DNA of 32,000 nt from Lachnospiraceae bacterium (GCA_051878995.1 JBJELE010000025.1:97119-129118); one strand, 5' to 3'; positions 10,058 through 17,645 are shown, counted from the stretch's first letter. Translations and numbers: made by a program. Notes: generated by a model from the letters alone, not told the origin.

Positions 10058-10663
10058 TCACCAATAGCCTTTATAAAATATATTATCAATTCCTTCGTGG
10101 TATTTTTTCGCAAAATCAGGATTCGCCTTTTGCATATTACTCAATAAGCCTACTATCGGATAATATCCACAGTTTAAGGATCTATATTTCTTCTTGTACT
10201 CGCACCATTCATCCGGAAATGCAGTATCAAATAATTCCTGAATACCATAATTATTTCTCCATTCATACACTTCATCACATAAAAAGAAATACTGTGTACT
10301 CAGTACCGGTTTCCAATATCTTTCATCATATACATTGATGTGAATTTCCTTTACATCTCCTACATTTACGGCCTCTCCAAACTTAATACTATTGGGTCCC
10401 AAACCACAAATATGTGCATCAGCCGGCATTCCACAGTCCGATTTAAGCAACATCCAATCTAAATCTTTCAAGTATACTTCCTCCGGAATCATATACTTAC
10501 GTATATATTGATATTGTCCATCATAATATTTTTCTTCTGATATGTAACTCATTCCTGTTGTGTAATTAAACTCTGACAGGTTCTTATGTTTAAGCCTTTC
10601 AATTTGACTCTTAGAAGGCTCACCTATCCAATTTAAAGTCTGATCCAAACCCATACAATACAT
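10058..10663 (-). CDS. Hypothetical protein, 201 aa, family not recognised
   Basis: Clean ORF with SD GAGGGGG before ATG 10663. Trp/Tyr/Cys-rich soluble protein (MYCMGLDQTLNWIGEPSKSQIERLKH...) with no motif I can name. Sits immediately upstream of hicAB and divergent from the XRE gene. Confidence 0.65.
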   Translation of the reverse strand: MYCMGLDQTLNWIGEPSKSQIERLKHKNLSEFNYTTGMSYISEEKYYDGQYQYIRKYMIPEEVYLKDLDWMLLKSDCGMPADAHICGLGPNSIKFGEAVNVGDVKEIHINVYDERYWKPVLSTQYFFLCDEVYEWRNNYGIQELFDTAFPDEWCEYKKKYRSLNCGYYPIVGLLSNMQKANPDFAKKYHEGIDNIFYKGYW

Positions 10664-10670
10664 CCCCCTC

Positions 10671-10726
10671 TTCGTTTGTATACCATTGGTATATATAATA
10701 TTACACTATTCCAATGGTATATTCAA
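10671..10726. promoter_or_regulatory. Back-to-back divergent promoters with palindromic operator sites
   Basis: Perfect inverted repeat TATACCA-t-TGGTATA at 10679-10693, and a related site CCAATGGTATA at 10711-10721. Plus-strand -10 TATAAT at 10694-10699 (weak -35 TTCGTT, 17 nt away). Minus-strand TTGAAT (10721-10726), 17 nt, TAATAT (10698-10703). The -10 boxes overlap, and each operator sits in or next to a promoter spacer. Confidence 0.5.
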
Positions 10727-10777
10727 CACAAATGTGATACAATTCGTTTATAAATATCTTAATCGGAGGCTACTCAA

Positions 10778-11164
10778 ATGAAAGCAAACACTCTAGATCG
10801 TAATAGACTTATTGCTTGCAGAGAAAAACTTGGAATCACCAAACAGGAAGCCGCTAAACGTATGCAATTATCACAGCCTGCTTATTTGAGATATGAATCC
10901 GGTGAACGCTCCCCCTCCATTCATGTCATTCAAATGATGGCAGATGTCCTTGCTACATCAACAGCATACCTTACCGGAAAATCGGACAATCCAAACCCGG
11001 ATATCTATTTAATAAAATCTGATACCGATCCCGAGTTATTTTTTTTAATTCAAAAATATAGGAATTCTGATACAGAAATGAAAAACAGATTATTATCATA
11101 TCTTCAGAGAATCTTCGACGAAAAAGAAGTAACTGGCAACTTTGAGTTTCAAAAACTAGAATAA
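10778..11164 (+). CDS. XRE-family helix-turn-helix transcriptional regulator
   Basis: LIACREKLGITKQEAAKRMQLSQPAYLRYESGERSPSIHVIQMMADVLATSTAYLTG is a classic Cro/C1-type HTH. SD GGAGG lies 8 nt upstream. Confidence 0.85.
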   Translation: MKANTLDRNRLIACREKLGITKQEAAKRMQLSQPAYLRYESGERSPSIHVIQMMADVLATSTAYLTGKSDNPNPDIYLIKSDTDPELFFLIQKYRNSDTEMKNRLLSYLQRIFDEKEVTGNFEFQKLE

Positions 11165-11183
11165 TAAGAATATATAGATAACA

Positions 11184-11210
11184 GGCAGGTGATCCGAATG
11201 ATCACCTGCC
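11184..11210. terminator. Bidirectional terminator hairpin between the XRE gene and guaA
   Basis: GGCAGGTGATC-cgaat-GATCACCTGCC, a perfect 11-bp stem flanked by A/T runs. Confidence 0.75.
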
Positions 11211-11238
11211 ATATAAAATAATCAATATTAAATTGAAA

Positions 11239-12783
11239 TTATTCAAACTCAATCGTCCCCGGCGGCTTACTGGTCAGATCATAGAATACTCTGTTCACTC
11301 CCTTGACCTCATTGATAATCCTATTCATCACCGTCTGCAGCACTTCCCACGGAATCTCCGCGCTCTCTGCTGTCATAAAGTCTATCGTCTTCACCGCACG
11401 CAGAACCACCGCATAATCGTAGGTTCTCTCGTCACCCATAACACCCACGCTACGCATATTGGTAAGGGCTGCGAAATACTGGTTAATCTCTCGGTCCAGT
11501 CCGGCCTTCGCAATCTCCTCACGGTAGATGGCATCGGCATCCTGCACGATACGCACCTTCTCGGCAGTAACCTCGCCGATGATACGAATGCCAAGTCCCG
11601 GTCCGGGGAAGGGCTGACGAAACACCAGATATTCCGGAATACCAAGCTCCAAACCAACCTTACGAACCTCATCCTTGAACAGATCGCGGAGAGGCTCGAT
11701 GATTTCTTTAAAATCTACATAATCCGGAAGACCGCCTACGTTATGGTGGGATTTGATAACTGCGCTCTCACCGCCAAGTCCGCTCTCAACCACATCGGGA
11801 TAGATGGTTCCCTGTACGAGGAAATCCACGGCGCCGATCTTCTTCGCCTCTTCCTCAAATACACGGATAAATTCCTCGCCGATAATCTTTCTCTTTCTCT
11901 CCGGTTCTTCCACACCGGCTAATTTGCTATAAAAACGCTCCTGGGCATTTACACGGATAAAGTTGAGATCATAGTTGCCATTCGGGCCGAATACCGCCTC
12001 GACTTCATCTCCTTCATTTTTACGAAGTAATCCCTGATCTACGAAAACACAGGTAAGCTGGTTTCCGATTGCTTTGGATAACAGGACTGCTGCCACAGAG
12101 GAATCTACACCACCGGACAGGGCACAGAGTACTTTGCCGTCTCCCACTTTTTTGCGGATTGCCTCGATGGACTGTTTTACAAAGGAGTCCATCTTCCAGT
12201 CACCGGCACAACCGCACACTTTATAGACGAAGTTGGACAACATTTTCGTTCCTTCCACGGTATGCAGTACCTCCGGATGAAACTGAATCGCATAGAGATT
12301 TTTCTCCGGATTCTCAGCTGCTGCCACAGGGCAGTCTGCGGTGTGGGCGCTGACACGGAAGCCCGGCGCAATCCTGGATATATAGTCGTTATGGCTCATC
12401 CAGCAGATTGTCTTTTCAGACACTCCATCAAACAGCACGCAGGAATTTTCTACCGCAACCTCAATCTTACCATATTCTCTGACGGGCGCCTTTTCTACCT
12501 TACCGCCCAGCACATGCATCATAAGCTGTGCACCGTAGCACAGTCCCAGTACCGGAATACCCATTTCGAAAAGTTCCGGTGAGCAGGTTGCCGCACCCTC
12601 TTCGTAACAACTGTTTGGTCCGCCTGTCAGGATAATACCCTTAGGGTTCATTTCTTTAATCTTAGACAATTCTGTCTTATAAGAATAAATCTCACAGTAG
12701 ACATTACATTCTCTGACACGTCTTGCCACAAGCTGATTGTACTGTCCACCAAAGTCGATTACGATGACCGTTTCTCTGTTCAT
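11239..12783 (-). CDS. guaA: GMP synthase (glutamine-hydrolysing)
   Basis: 514 aa. GATase domain ([26 protein letters not shown]), ATP-PPase P-loop SGGVDSSV, canonical C-terminus ...PPGTIEFE. Confidence 0.97.
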   Translation of the reverse strand: MNRETVIVIDFGGQYNQLVARRVRECNVYCEIYSYKTELSKIKEMNPKGIILTGGPNSCYEEGAATCSPELFEMGIPVLGLCYGAQLMMHVLGGKVEKAPVREYGKIEVAVENSCVLFDGVSEKTICWMSHNDYISRIAPGFRVSAHTADCPVAAAENPEKNLYAIQFHPEVLHTVEGTKMLSNFVYKVCGCAGDWKMDSFVKQSIEAIRKKVGDGKVLCALSGGVDSSVAAVLLSKAIGNQLTCVFVDQGLLRKNEGDEVEAVFGPNGNYDLNFIRVNAQERFYSKLAGVEEPERKRKIIGEEFIRVFEEEAKKIGAVDFLVQGTIYPDVVESGLGGESAVIKSHHNVGGLPDYVDFKEIIEPLRDLFKDEVRKVGLELGIPEYLVFRQPFPGPGLGIRIIGEVTAEKVRIVQDADAIYREEIAKAGLDREINQYFAALTNMRSVGVMGDERTYDYAVVLRAVKTIDFMTAESAEIPWEVLQTVMNRIINEVKGVNRVFYDLTSKPPGTIEFE

Positions 12784-12874
12784 TCTGTAACCTTACCTTT
12801 CGTCGTTTTCTCTTAGTGCCTTTTCTATATAAAATCAGGGTGCCGCGAAACACTCTTCTCTATATCTATGCAAT

Positions 12875-12903
12875 ATTATATAAGCCCCGTAAATGCTTGT
12901 CAA
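12875..12903 (-). promoter_or_regulatory. Consensus sigma-A promoter upstream of guaA
   Basis: Minus strand reads TTGACA-agcatttacggggctta (17 nt)-TATAAT, about 90 nt upstream of ATG 12783. Confidence 0.6.
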
Positions 12904-12951
12904 AGCATATCGCTCCTAATTTGCAACACGGGCAAAAGAAAAGCCTCGCAC

Positions 12952-14325
12952 TTATGCTGCTCTTTCTCTCTTCAACATCGCCCGCTCCCATCTATGCCCG
13001 TGATATCTGACGGTATAACAGATACCCCGGAAGGTCCAGTCAATGGTCATGGCGATCCAGATGCCGATCAGTCCCATATGGAACACATAACTGAAAACAT
13101 AGGCTGTGATAATACGGAATGTCCACATGGACACGATTGCGATGATCATTGTCCACACCACATCTCCTGCTGCCCGCAGTGCATTTGGTATGGAAAAAGA
13201 CGGTACCCAGGAGATCATGCACATGACGGCATGAAAACGGATCACCTGCAGCGCCAGCTCGGTAGTCTCCGGCGTCAGATGATATATTTTCAGAAAAAGC
13301 GGGCCGCCCACCATCATAATGACGGACACGGCGCTCATACACAGCCAGGTCAGTCCCATCATTTTCTTCGTATAATAACGGGCCTGTCCGATTTCACCCG
13401 CGCCGATGCACACACTGTTTACCGAAAGGATTGCCATGCCAATCGCCATACCTGGCAGGATATTGAAGTTGGTAATGGTGCCGCAGACTGCATTTGCGGC
13501 GATTGCGGAAGTACCAAAGGTTGAGACCAGACTGAGCAGTAGAATTTTCCCAAGCTGAAAAAGGCTGTTCTCCAGTCCGTTAGGGATACCGATAAACAGG
13601 ATTCTTTTGACCAATGAAAAATCCATTCGGAATGTCAGCCTGTTTTTAAAGTGAATCGTTCTTCTTTCATCCATCATCAGATAAAAGATCAGCACAGCGG
13701 CCGTCGTTCTCGCTATCAAGGTAGCAATAGCGGCACCTGCCACACCCATTTTGCAGCCAAAAATCAGTATGGAATTACCGATCAGATTAATCAGATTCAT
13801 CAACAGGGAAATATACATCGTAGTCCTGGAATCTCCCATCGCCCGGAAAAGTGCCGCACAGCCGTTATACAGTGCCAGCGGGCAAATCGACAGTCCGGTA
13901 ATGATGAGATAGATTGTTGCACTTTCCATAACGTCTGCTTCCACCTGACCAAAAACAGCCCGCAGGATGCCGGCATGTGCTCCAATCAGAATCACAGTTG
14001 TAAAGAAAGAGGTATACAGCAGGAAAAGCACCATCTGCCAGGCGGCTTTACCGGCCTGCTCCGGATCTTTACGTCCGATGGCATGTCCTGCCACCACGGC
14101 ACCGCCTGTAGCCAGTGCCGCGAAAATGTTAATGACCAGAATATTGATATTGTCCACCAGCGAAACGCCGGAAACCGCAGCTTCGCCTACGCCGGAAATC
14201 ATGACAGTATCCAGCATACCGACTAAAATGCCCAGCAGCTGTTCCATAATAAGCGGCAGAATCAATTTCTTAAGATCCTCGTTACTATATAAAGTTCCCT
14301 GTACCTTTTCTTTTGTTCCCATCAC
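12952..14325 (-). CDS. MATE-family efflux transporter
   Basis: 457 aa, 12-TM-like. N-terminus LILPLIMEQLLGILVGMLDTVMISGVGEAAVSGVSLVD is typical of the MATE/NorM-DinF group. Confidence 0.9.
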   Translation of the reverse strand: MMGTKEKVQGTLYSNEDLKKLILPLIMEQLLGILVGMLDTVMISGVGEAAVSGVSLVDNINILVINIFAALATGGAVVAGHAIGRKDPEQAGKAAWQMVLFLLYTSFFTTVILIGAHAGILRAVFGQVEADVMESATIYLIITGLSICPLALYNGCAALFRAMGDSRTTMYISLLMNLINLIGNSILIFGCKMGVAGAAIATLIARTTAAVLIFYLMMDERRTIHFKNRLTFRMDFSLVKRILFIGIPNGLENSLFQLGKILLLSLVSTFGTSAIAANAVCGTITNFNILPGMAIGMAILSVNSVCIGAGEIGQARYYTKKMMGLTWLCMSAVSVIMMVGGPLFLKIYHLTPETTELALQVIRFHAVMCMISWVPSFSIPNALRAAGDVVWTMIIAIVSMWTFRIITAYVFSYVFHMGLIGIWIAMTIDWTFRGICYTVRYHGHRWERAMLKRERAA

Positions 14326-14381
14326 TTACATTGCCCCATTTGCAGACATCTGATTCTGTCTTTCAACTGAATTCTGAACCT

Positions 14382-14410
14382 ATTCTATGCCCGTTTTACC
14401 CAAATGTAAA
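14382..14410 (-). promoter_or_regulatory. Sigma-A-type promoter upstream of the MATE gene
   Basis: Minus strand reads TTTACA-tttgggtaaaacgggca (17 nt)-TAGAAT. Confidence 0.5.
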
Positions 14411-14471
14411 GTATTTCACTATGTATTTGCAAAGGTTCTGCACCTGCATTTCAGAAAGGCTCTGATCATAC

Positions 14472-14729
14472 TCAACACATATGTTGATGCAGATATTTTT
14501 CTCTGGTGGCAAGACCCCCGCGGATGTGTCTTTCTGATTTATTCACATCCAATACTTTTCTTGCTTCTGCTGCCAGTGTGGGATTCAACTGCCCAAGTCT
14601 TTCGGTTACATCTTTATGTACCGTACTCTTACTGATTCCGAATTCCTTCGCAGTCTGTCTCACCGTGGCATTGTTTTCAATAATATAATTGGCAATATGA
14701 ATTGCACGTTCCTCAATATACTCTTTCAA
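14472..14729 (-). CDS. spoIIID: Sporulation transcriptional regulator SpoIIID (TTG start)
   Basis: MKEYIEERAIHIANYIIENNATVRQTAKEFGISKSTVHKDVTERL... aligns from residue 1 with B. subtilis SpoIIID (MHDYIKERTIKIGKYIVETKKTVRVIAKEFGVSKSTVHKDLTERL). The start codon is TTG at 14729, with GAGGGG 7 nt upstream. Confidence 0.92.
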   Translation of the reverse strand: MKEYIEERAIHIANYIIENNATVRQTAKEFGISKSTVHKDVTERLGQLNPTLAAEARKVLDVNKSERHIRGGLATREKYLHQHMC

Positions 14730-14734
14730 AAGAA

Positions 14735-14782
14735 AACCCCTCAGAATACTTTTTTACATTGTATGAAGTATTCTGAAGGGTT
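14735..14782 (-). terminator. Rho-independent terminator of the MetRS-like gene; its 3' arm contains the spoIIID SD
   Basis: Arms 14766-14782 and 14735-14751 give 16 bp plus one mismatch with a 14-nt loop. On the minus strand it is followed by UUUUCUUUU, which runs into the TTG start of spoIIID. Confidence 0.7.
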
Positions 14783-14786
14783 ATGA
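14758..14786 (-). promoter_or_regulatory. Sigma-E-type promoter for spoIIID embedded in the terminator hairpin
   Basis: Minus strand reads TCATAAC-ccttcagaatactt (14 nt)-CATACAAT. The B. subtilis sigma-E consensus is ZHATAXX-14-CATACAHT, so this matches 6/7 and 8/8. The -10 box lies in the hairpin loop. Confidence 0.55.
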
Positions 14787-14846
14787 CTGTTTGTATTTAT
14801 AGGTTTAGCTTTATTCCAGACTAAATCAAAAATATAATCCCACTGC

Positions 14847-16922
14847 CTACATCTTCGCCAACTGGCAATCATGCTTCTTAAAGAAATCCACTCTTGGTTC
14901 CAGATACTTCAATTTATGTTTCTTTACATCTCCAACATAGAATGAAATAGGCTCTAAAATATGATTCCAATCCCACAATTCCTCTCCTACATTTAGATAT
15001 TCTCTAAACATTTCACATCCTTCCGGCGCAATTGGGTGAACCAAAATCGCCATAATCTTACAGGCATAAAAGCAATCAGAAATAAGCTGCTTTCTAAATT
15101 CCACGTCATCTGTTGCATCCGCAATTTTGATATTGTTTACCCAGTGCTTGTTCACCCGTCGAATAAAATCATCCAAAACATATGAAATACGATGGAACTC
15201 ATGGTTATACATATGGCGCTCATAGTCCAACACCGTTTTTTCAGCCAAAGTCTTTATTTCCTCACTCACTTTTCCCTCAGGAATTCTTCCATCACAATTG
15301 TTCTGAATTGCATAAAAACAGGTACGAATCAAGCGATTAAACACATTGGTAATTAAATTGCCATCTTTCAAGACCATGTCAACACCAACACGTTCTTCCT
15401 CTTTCATAAACACCTGTGGTTTGAAACCTACACTTTTTGAAGATAAACCCAAACTCATAAAATGCATTCGCAGCTGATCCTTGGTGTAATAGTCAAGCAA
15501 CTCATCTGCTGTAGGTGGCTTTATTTCTGAACTACTACTGGCTTTTGTATCCATATACAGTAAATGACGGTTTGCAATGATGTGAGATAAGTGAACCCTC
15601 TCCATATTCGGCACTTCCCTTTTAGGAACCTGTAATCCTGTAAATAATCCGGTCTGAGCAATCGCGTAAAAATAAATATTATCTTCTCCTATAAACTGAT
15701 AAACAATAGATTCATCATCATACCACCACTTGGACAAATCATCTTCCTTTTCCTTCTCTCTCAAATATGCCAAAGTAAAGGAAATTGGTGCCCATAATGA
15801 CTCCGGCCACACCCAGAACGTCAAGTCTTTTAAATCTTCACATTCAGGAAAAGGTACTCCCCATTCTACATTGCCGGACAGACGAAACGGAACCAGCGTC
15901 TTTCCGGAAGTATAATGAATATTTTCTGCGTCCAAAACACTTTTCGCCTTGTCTCTGTCATCCAGGTTTTCAAATTCGAAGACAACAGAAGTTTTTTTCT
16001 CCTCATCCGTCAGTTTATGCGGTGGTAATTTTGCGATTAATTTTTCCAAATCATCTATATATTTTCTAGGCACATAAATATAAGGCTTCTTCAAAAATTC
16101 TTCTACGGTTTCTAACTGATACTTACGGGTGTTTGTATTTTTGCGCAGAAAATCATTATACGCCTTTACCATATCGATACAATGTTCTAAGTCGAAATAC
16201 CAGTTCTCTACATCTTTAAGAACAGGCCTTTTATTCGACAGGCAACTAATAGGATTGATAAGTTCAGAAGGCAGAAACTGATGTCCCAGTGAACATTCAT
16301 CTGCGTATGCTTTATCTGATGTGCATCCCGGTATCGGACATTTTCCTATTACCTGTCTTCCGTTCAGAAACATCTTCTTTTCTTCATCATAAAACTGTGG
16401 CACAGATAATTTTTGAATATACCCATTCTCATATAAAGTTCGAAATACCTTGGCTGATACACGCTTATGAATCGTTCCTGCTTCTCCTAAAGCCGACGCA
16501 CCAAAAAAGTCTAAGCTAATGCCATAGTTCTCCAAGGTCTTCTTCTGTCTCTCGTGATTACCACGCACATAGTCCTCAAGCGAGCCTTCGTATCCCGCTT
16601 CCTGCAGTTTACGATAGCTTTCCATAATAGGCGAGCCATAGCAATCAGTTCCTGAAAGAAAAATAACATTATCTTTTCCAATCCGGTCTCTTAAAAATCT
16701 AGCAAAAATATCAGCATGTATAAACATACCGCCTACGTGTCCAAAATGCAGGCTCTTATTTCCGTAAGGCATACCTGCCGTAATAATTGCCCTTTTAGGA
16801 AATGTCGGGCGTTCATTTGATGTTAATCGCTTACATATCATATACGTTTGTTCCTTTCTGTTATTTACTATGATTTTTCCCTGCTCCCCTTTCTGCTGGG
16901 GAAGCTCTGACTGTTCCGGCAT
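14847..16922 (-). CDS. Divergent class I aminoacyl-tRNA ligase, methionyl-tRNA-synthetase-like (691 aa)
   Basis: The start is set at ATG 16922 because AAAGGAGGTG lies 5 nt upstream. HIGH-type motif PYGNKSLHFGHVGG. MetRS-type zinc knuckle CPIPGCTSDKAYADECSLGH. WGVPFP segment. The KMSKS position reads KASSS. Helical anticodon-binding-like C-terminus. The gene is A+T-rich relative to its neighbours. Confidence 0.8.
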   Translation of the reverse strand: MPEQSELPQQKGEQGKIIVNNRKEQTYMICKRLTSNERPTFPKRAIITAGMPYGNKSLHFGHVGGMFIHADIFARFLRDRIGKDNVIFLSGTDCYGSPIMESYRKLQEAGYEGSLEDYVRGNHERQKKTLENYGISLDFFGASALGEAGTIHKRVSAKVFRTLYENGYIQKLSVPQFYDEEKKMFLNGRQVIGKCPIPGCTSDKAYADECSLGHQFLPSELINPISCLSNKRPVLKDVENWYFDLEHCIDMVKAYNDFLRKNTNTRKYQLETVEEFLKKPYIYVPRKYIDDLEKLIAKLPPHKLTDEEKKTSVVFEFENLDDRDKAKSVLDAENIHYTSGKTLVPFRLSGNVEWGVPFPECEDLKDLTFWVWPESLWAPISFTLAYLREKEKEDDLSKWWYDDESIVYQFIGEDNIYFYAIAQTGLFTGLQVPKREVPNMERVHLSHIIANRHLLYMDTKASSSSEIKPPTADELLDYYTKDQLRMHFMSLGLSSKSVGFKPQVFMKEEERVGVDMVLKDGNLITNVFNRLIRTCFYAIQNNCDGRIPEGKVSEEIKTLAEKTVLDYERHMYNHEFHRISYVLDDFIRRVNKHWVNNIKIADATDDVEFRKQLISDCFYACKIMAILVHPIAPEGCEMFREYLNVGEELWDWNHILEPISFYVGDVKKHKLKYLEPRVDFFKKHDCQLAKM

Positions 16923-16999
16923 GGTACACCTCCTTTCCGATTTTTCAAATCGATGAAGTTTGCTCACAAGCAGACTCAATGCGCTTTGCTTATTCGCGC

Positions 17000-17042
17000 A
17001 AATAAAAACGGTCAAAAACTCGAATTGAGCTTTCGACCGTTT
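17000..17042 (-). terminator. Intrinsic terminator inside the 5' leader of the MetRS-like gene (attenuator)
   Basis: RNA reads AACGGUCGAAAGCUC-aauuc-GAGUUUUUGACCGUU, 15 paired positions including 2 G-U, followed by UUUUAUUU. It lies about 80 nt upstream of the start codon and downstream of the promoter at 17192-17220. Confidence 0.7.
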
Positions 17043-17191
17043 GGTTCAGATTAACCAGGATAAGACGCTTGTTATGAACACAACGCAAAAAGCCCATTGT
17101 CAGTTTTAACAATAAGCTGCTGTTGCTGGTTCATTTTGTTCATGCTGATTACAACTTTAATCATGGGCTTATCCTTCCTTTGTTTTGTGTA

Positions 17192-17220
17192 ATTCTATCA
17201 GTAGTGATTCGCATTGTCAA
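17192..17220 (-). promoter_or_regulatory. Sigma-A promoter of the MetRS-like leader
   Basis: Minus strand reads TTGACA-atgcgaatcactactga (17 nt)-TAGAAT. It predicts a ~260-nt 5' UTR. Confidence 0.65.
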
Positions 17221-17240
17221 TATGAAATATATCTTTCTTC

Positions 17241-17549
17241 CTATCCCACTGCAAACCTTACATTTCTAGATGTATATGGATAGCTGTCTGCATACATAGT
17301 TTCCGGTGCAATATCAATCTCACCGTTCATCCATGTCATAACACCATGAAAAATTGTGAAATCAGCTAACGTCTTTTCATCTTTTAAGGGTTCAAATGCC
17401 GAACCTGTCAATAATGTAGTATCAAATAATCTTTGTTCTCCTGTGGAAAATGTAATCAAAAGCATACCACCTCGCAACACTGTTGCCTCTTTTACCTTAA
17501 TGTCCGGTGTCGCTTCACCCGCATAACAAATATCATCAATAATATACAT
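17241..17549 (-). CDS. DUF2442 domain-containing protein
   Basis: MYIIDDICYAGEATPDIKVKEATVLRGGMLLITFSTGEQRLFDTTLL...FHGVMTWMNGEIDIAPETMY fits the DUF2442 pattern. ATG 17549 follows AAGGAGGTG; the longer track ORF start has no SD. Confidence 0.8.
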   Translation of the reverse strand: MYIIDDICYAGEATPDIKVKEATVLRGGMLLITFSTGEQRLFDTTLLTGSAFEPLKDEKTLADFTIFHGVMTWMNGEIDIAPETMYADSYPYTSRNVRFAVG

Positions 17550-17581
17550 CAATAGCACCTCCTTACATAGGAGCAATTTTA

Positions 17582-17617
17582 TCAAAATGCTCTCCTCTGA
17601 CAGCTAAGTTCCGGCAT
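17582..17617 (-). pseudogene. Possible stub of a DUF4160-family gene (11 codons)
   Basis: ATG 17617, preceded by AGGAGAG, opens MPELSCQRRAF*. DUF4160 proteins, the usual upstream partner of DUF2442, typically begin MPxIS.... Only 68 nt separate this ATG from the DUF2442 start, so the evidence is five residues plus genomic context. Confidence 0.3.
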
Positions 17618-17645
17618 TGTATCTCTCCTTCTCATTTTTATATTT

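Noticed and set aside
11135-11253. Similarity between the XRE gene 3' end (TTGAGTTTCAAAAACTAGAATAA) and the guaA 3' end (TTGAGTTTGAATAA), considered as an att duplication
   Set aside because: The two copies are on opposite strands (inverted, not direct) and share only ~8+6 nt. This is not the signature of site-specific integration.
11233-12582. Plus-strand ORFs of 229, 94 and 106 aa overlapping guaA
   Set aside because: They are antisense shadow ORFs inside a confidently identified gene. Their composition is Arg/His/Leu-rich and low-complexity, and they have no SD.
12784-12874. Purine riboswitch in the guaA leader (contains GUUUCGCGGCACC, reminiscent of GUUUCUACCGGGCACC)
   Set aside because: It lacks the L2/L3 loop signatures (UAUGG, CCGUAAAU) and the J3/1 GACUA. 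The leader is only ~85 nt with no clear three-way junction or terminator.
12868-14353. Plus-strand ORFs of 218, 191 and 128 aa overlapping the MATE gene
   Set aside because: They are antisense to a clear 12-TM MATE ORF in a GC-richer region where stop codons are rare. Their composition (His/Arg/Gly/Cys-rich) is not protein-like.
17064-17086. Hairpin loop containing CAU (GUUCAUA) as a tRNA-Met anticodon mimic for autoregulation
   Set aside because: In the most stable register, CAU sits at loop positions 4-6, not 3-5. The alternative register (loop UUCAUAA) has only 2 closing base pairs. The UCAUAA also simply contains the leader-ORF stop codon.
17016-17191. T-box riboswitch upstream of the MetRS-like gene
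   Set aside because: A T-box is expected for a Firmicute aaRS, but I find no T-box sequence (AGGGUGGNACCGCG-like) overlapping the terminator 5' arm. There is also no GA/K-turn plus AGVGA specifier-loop arrangement. A covariance-model scan should still be run.
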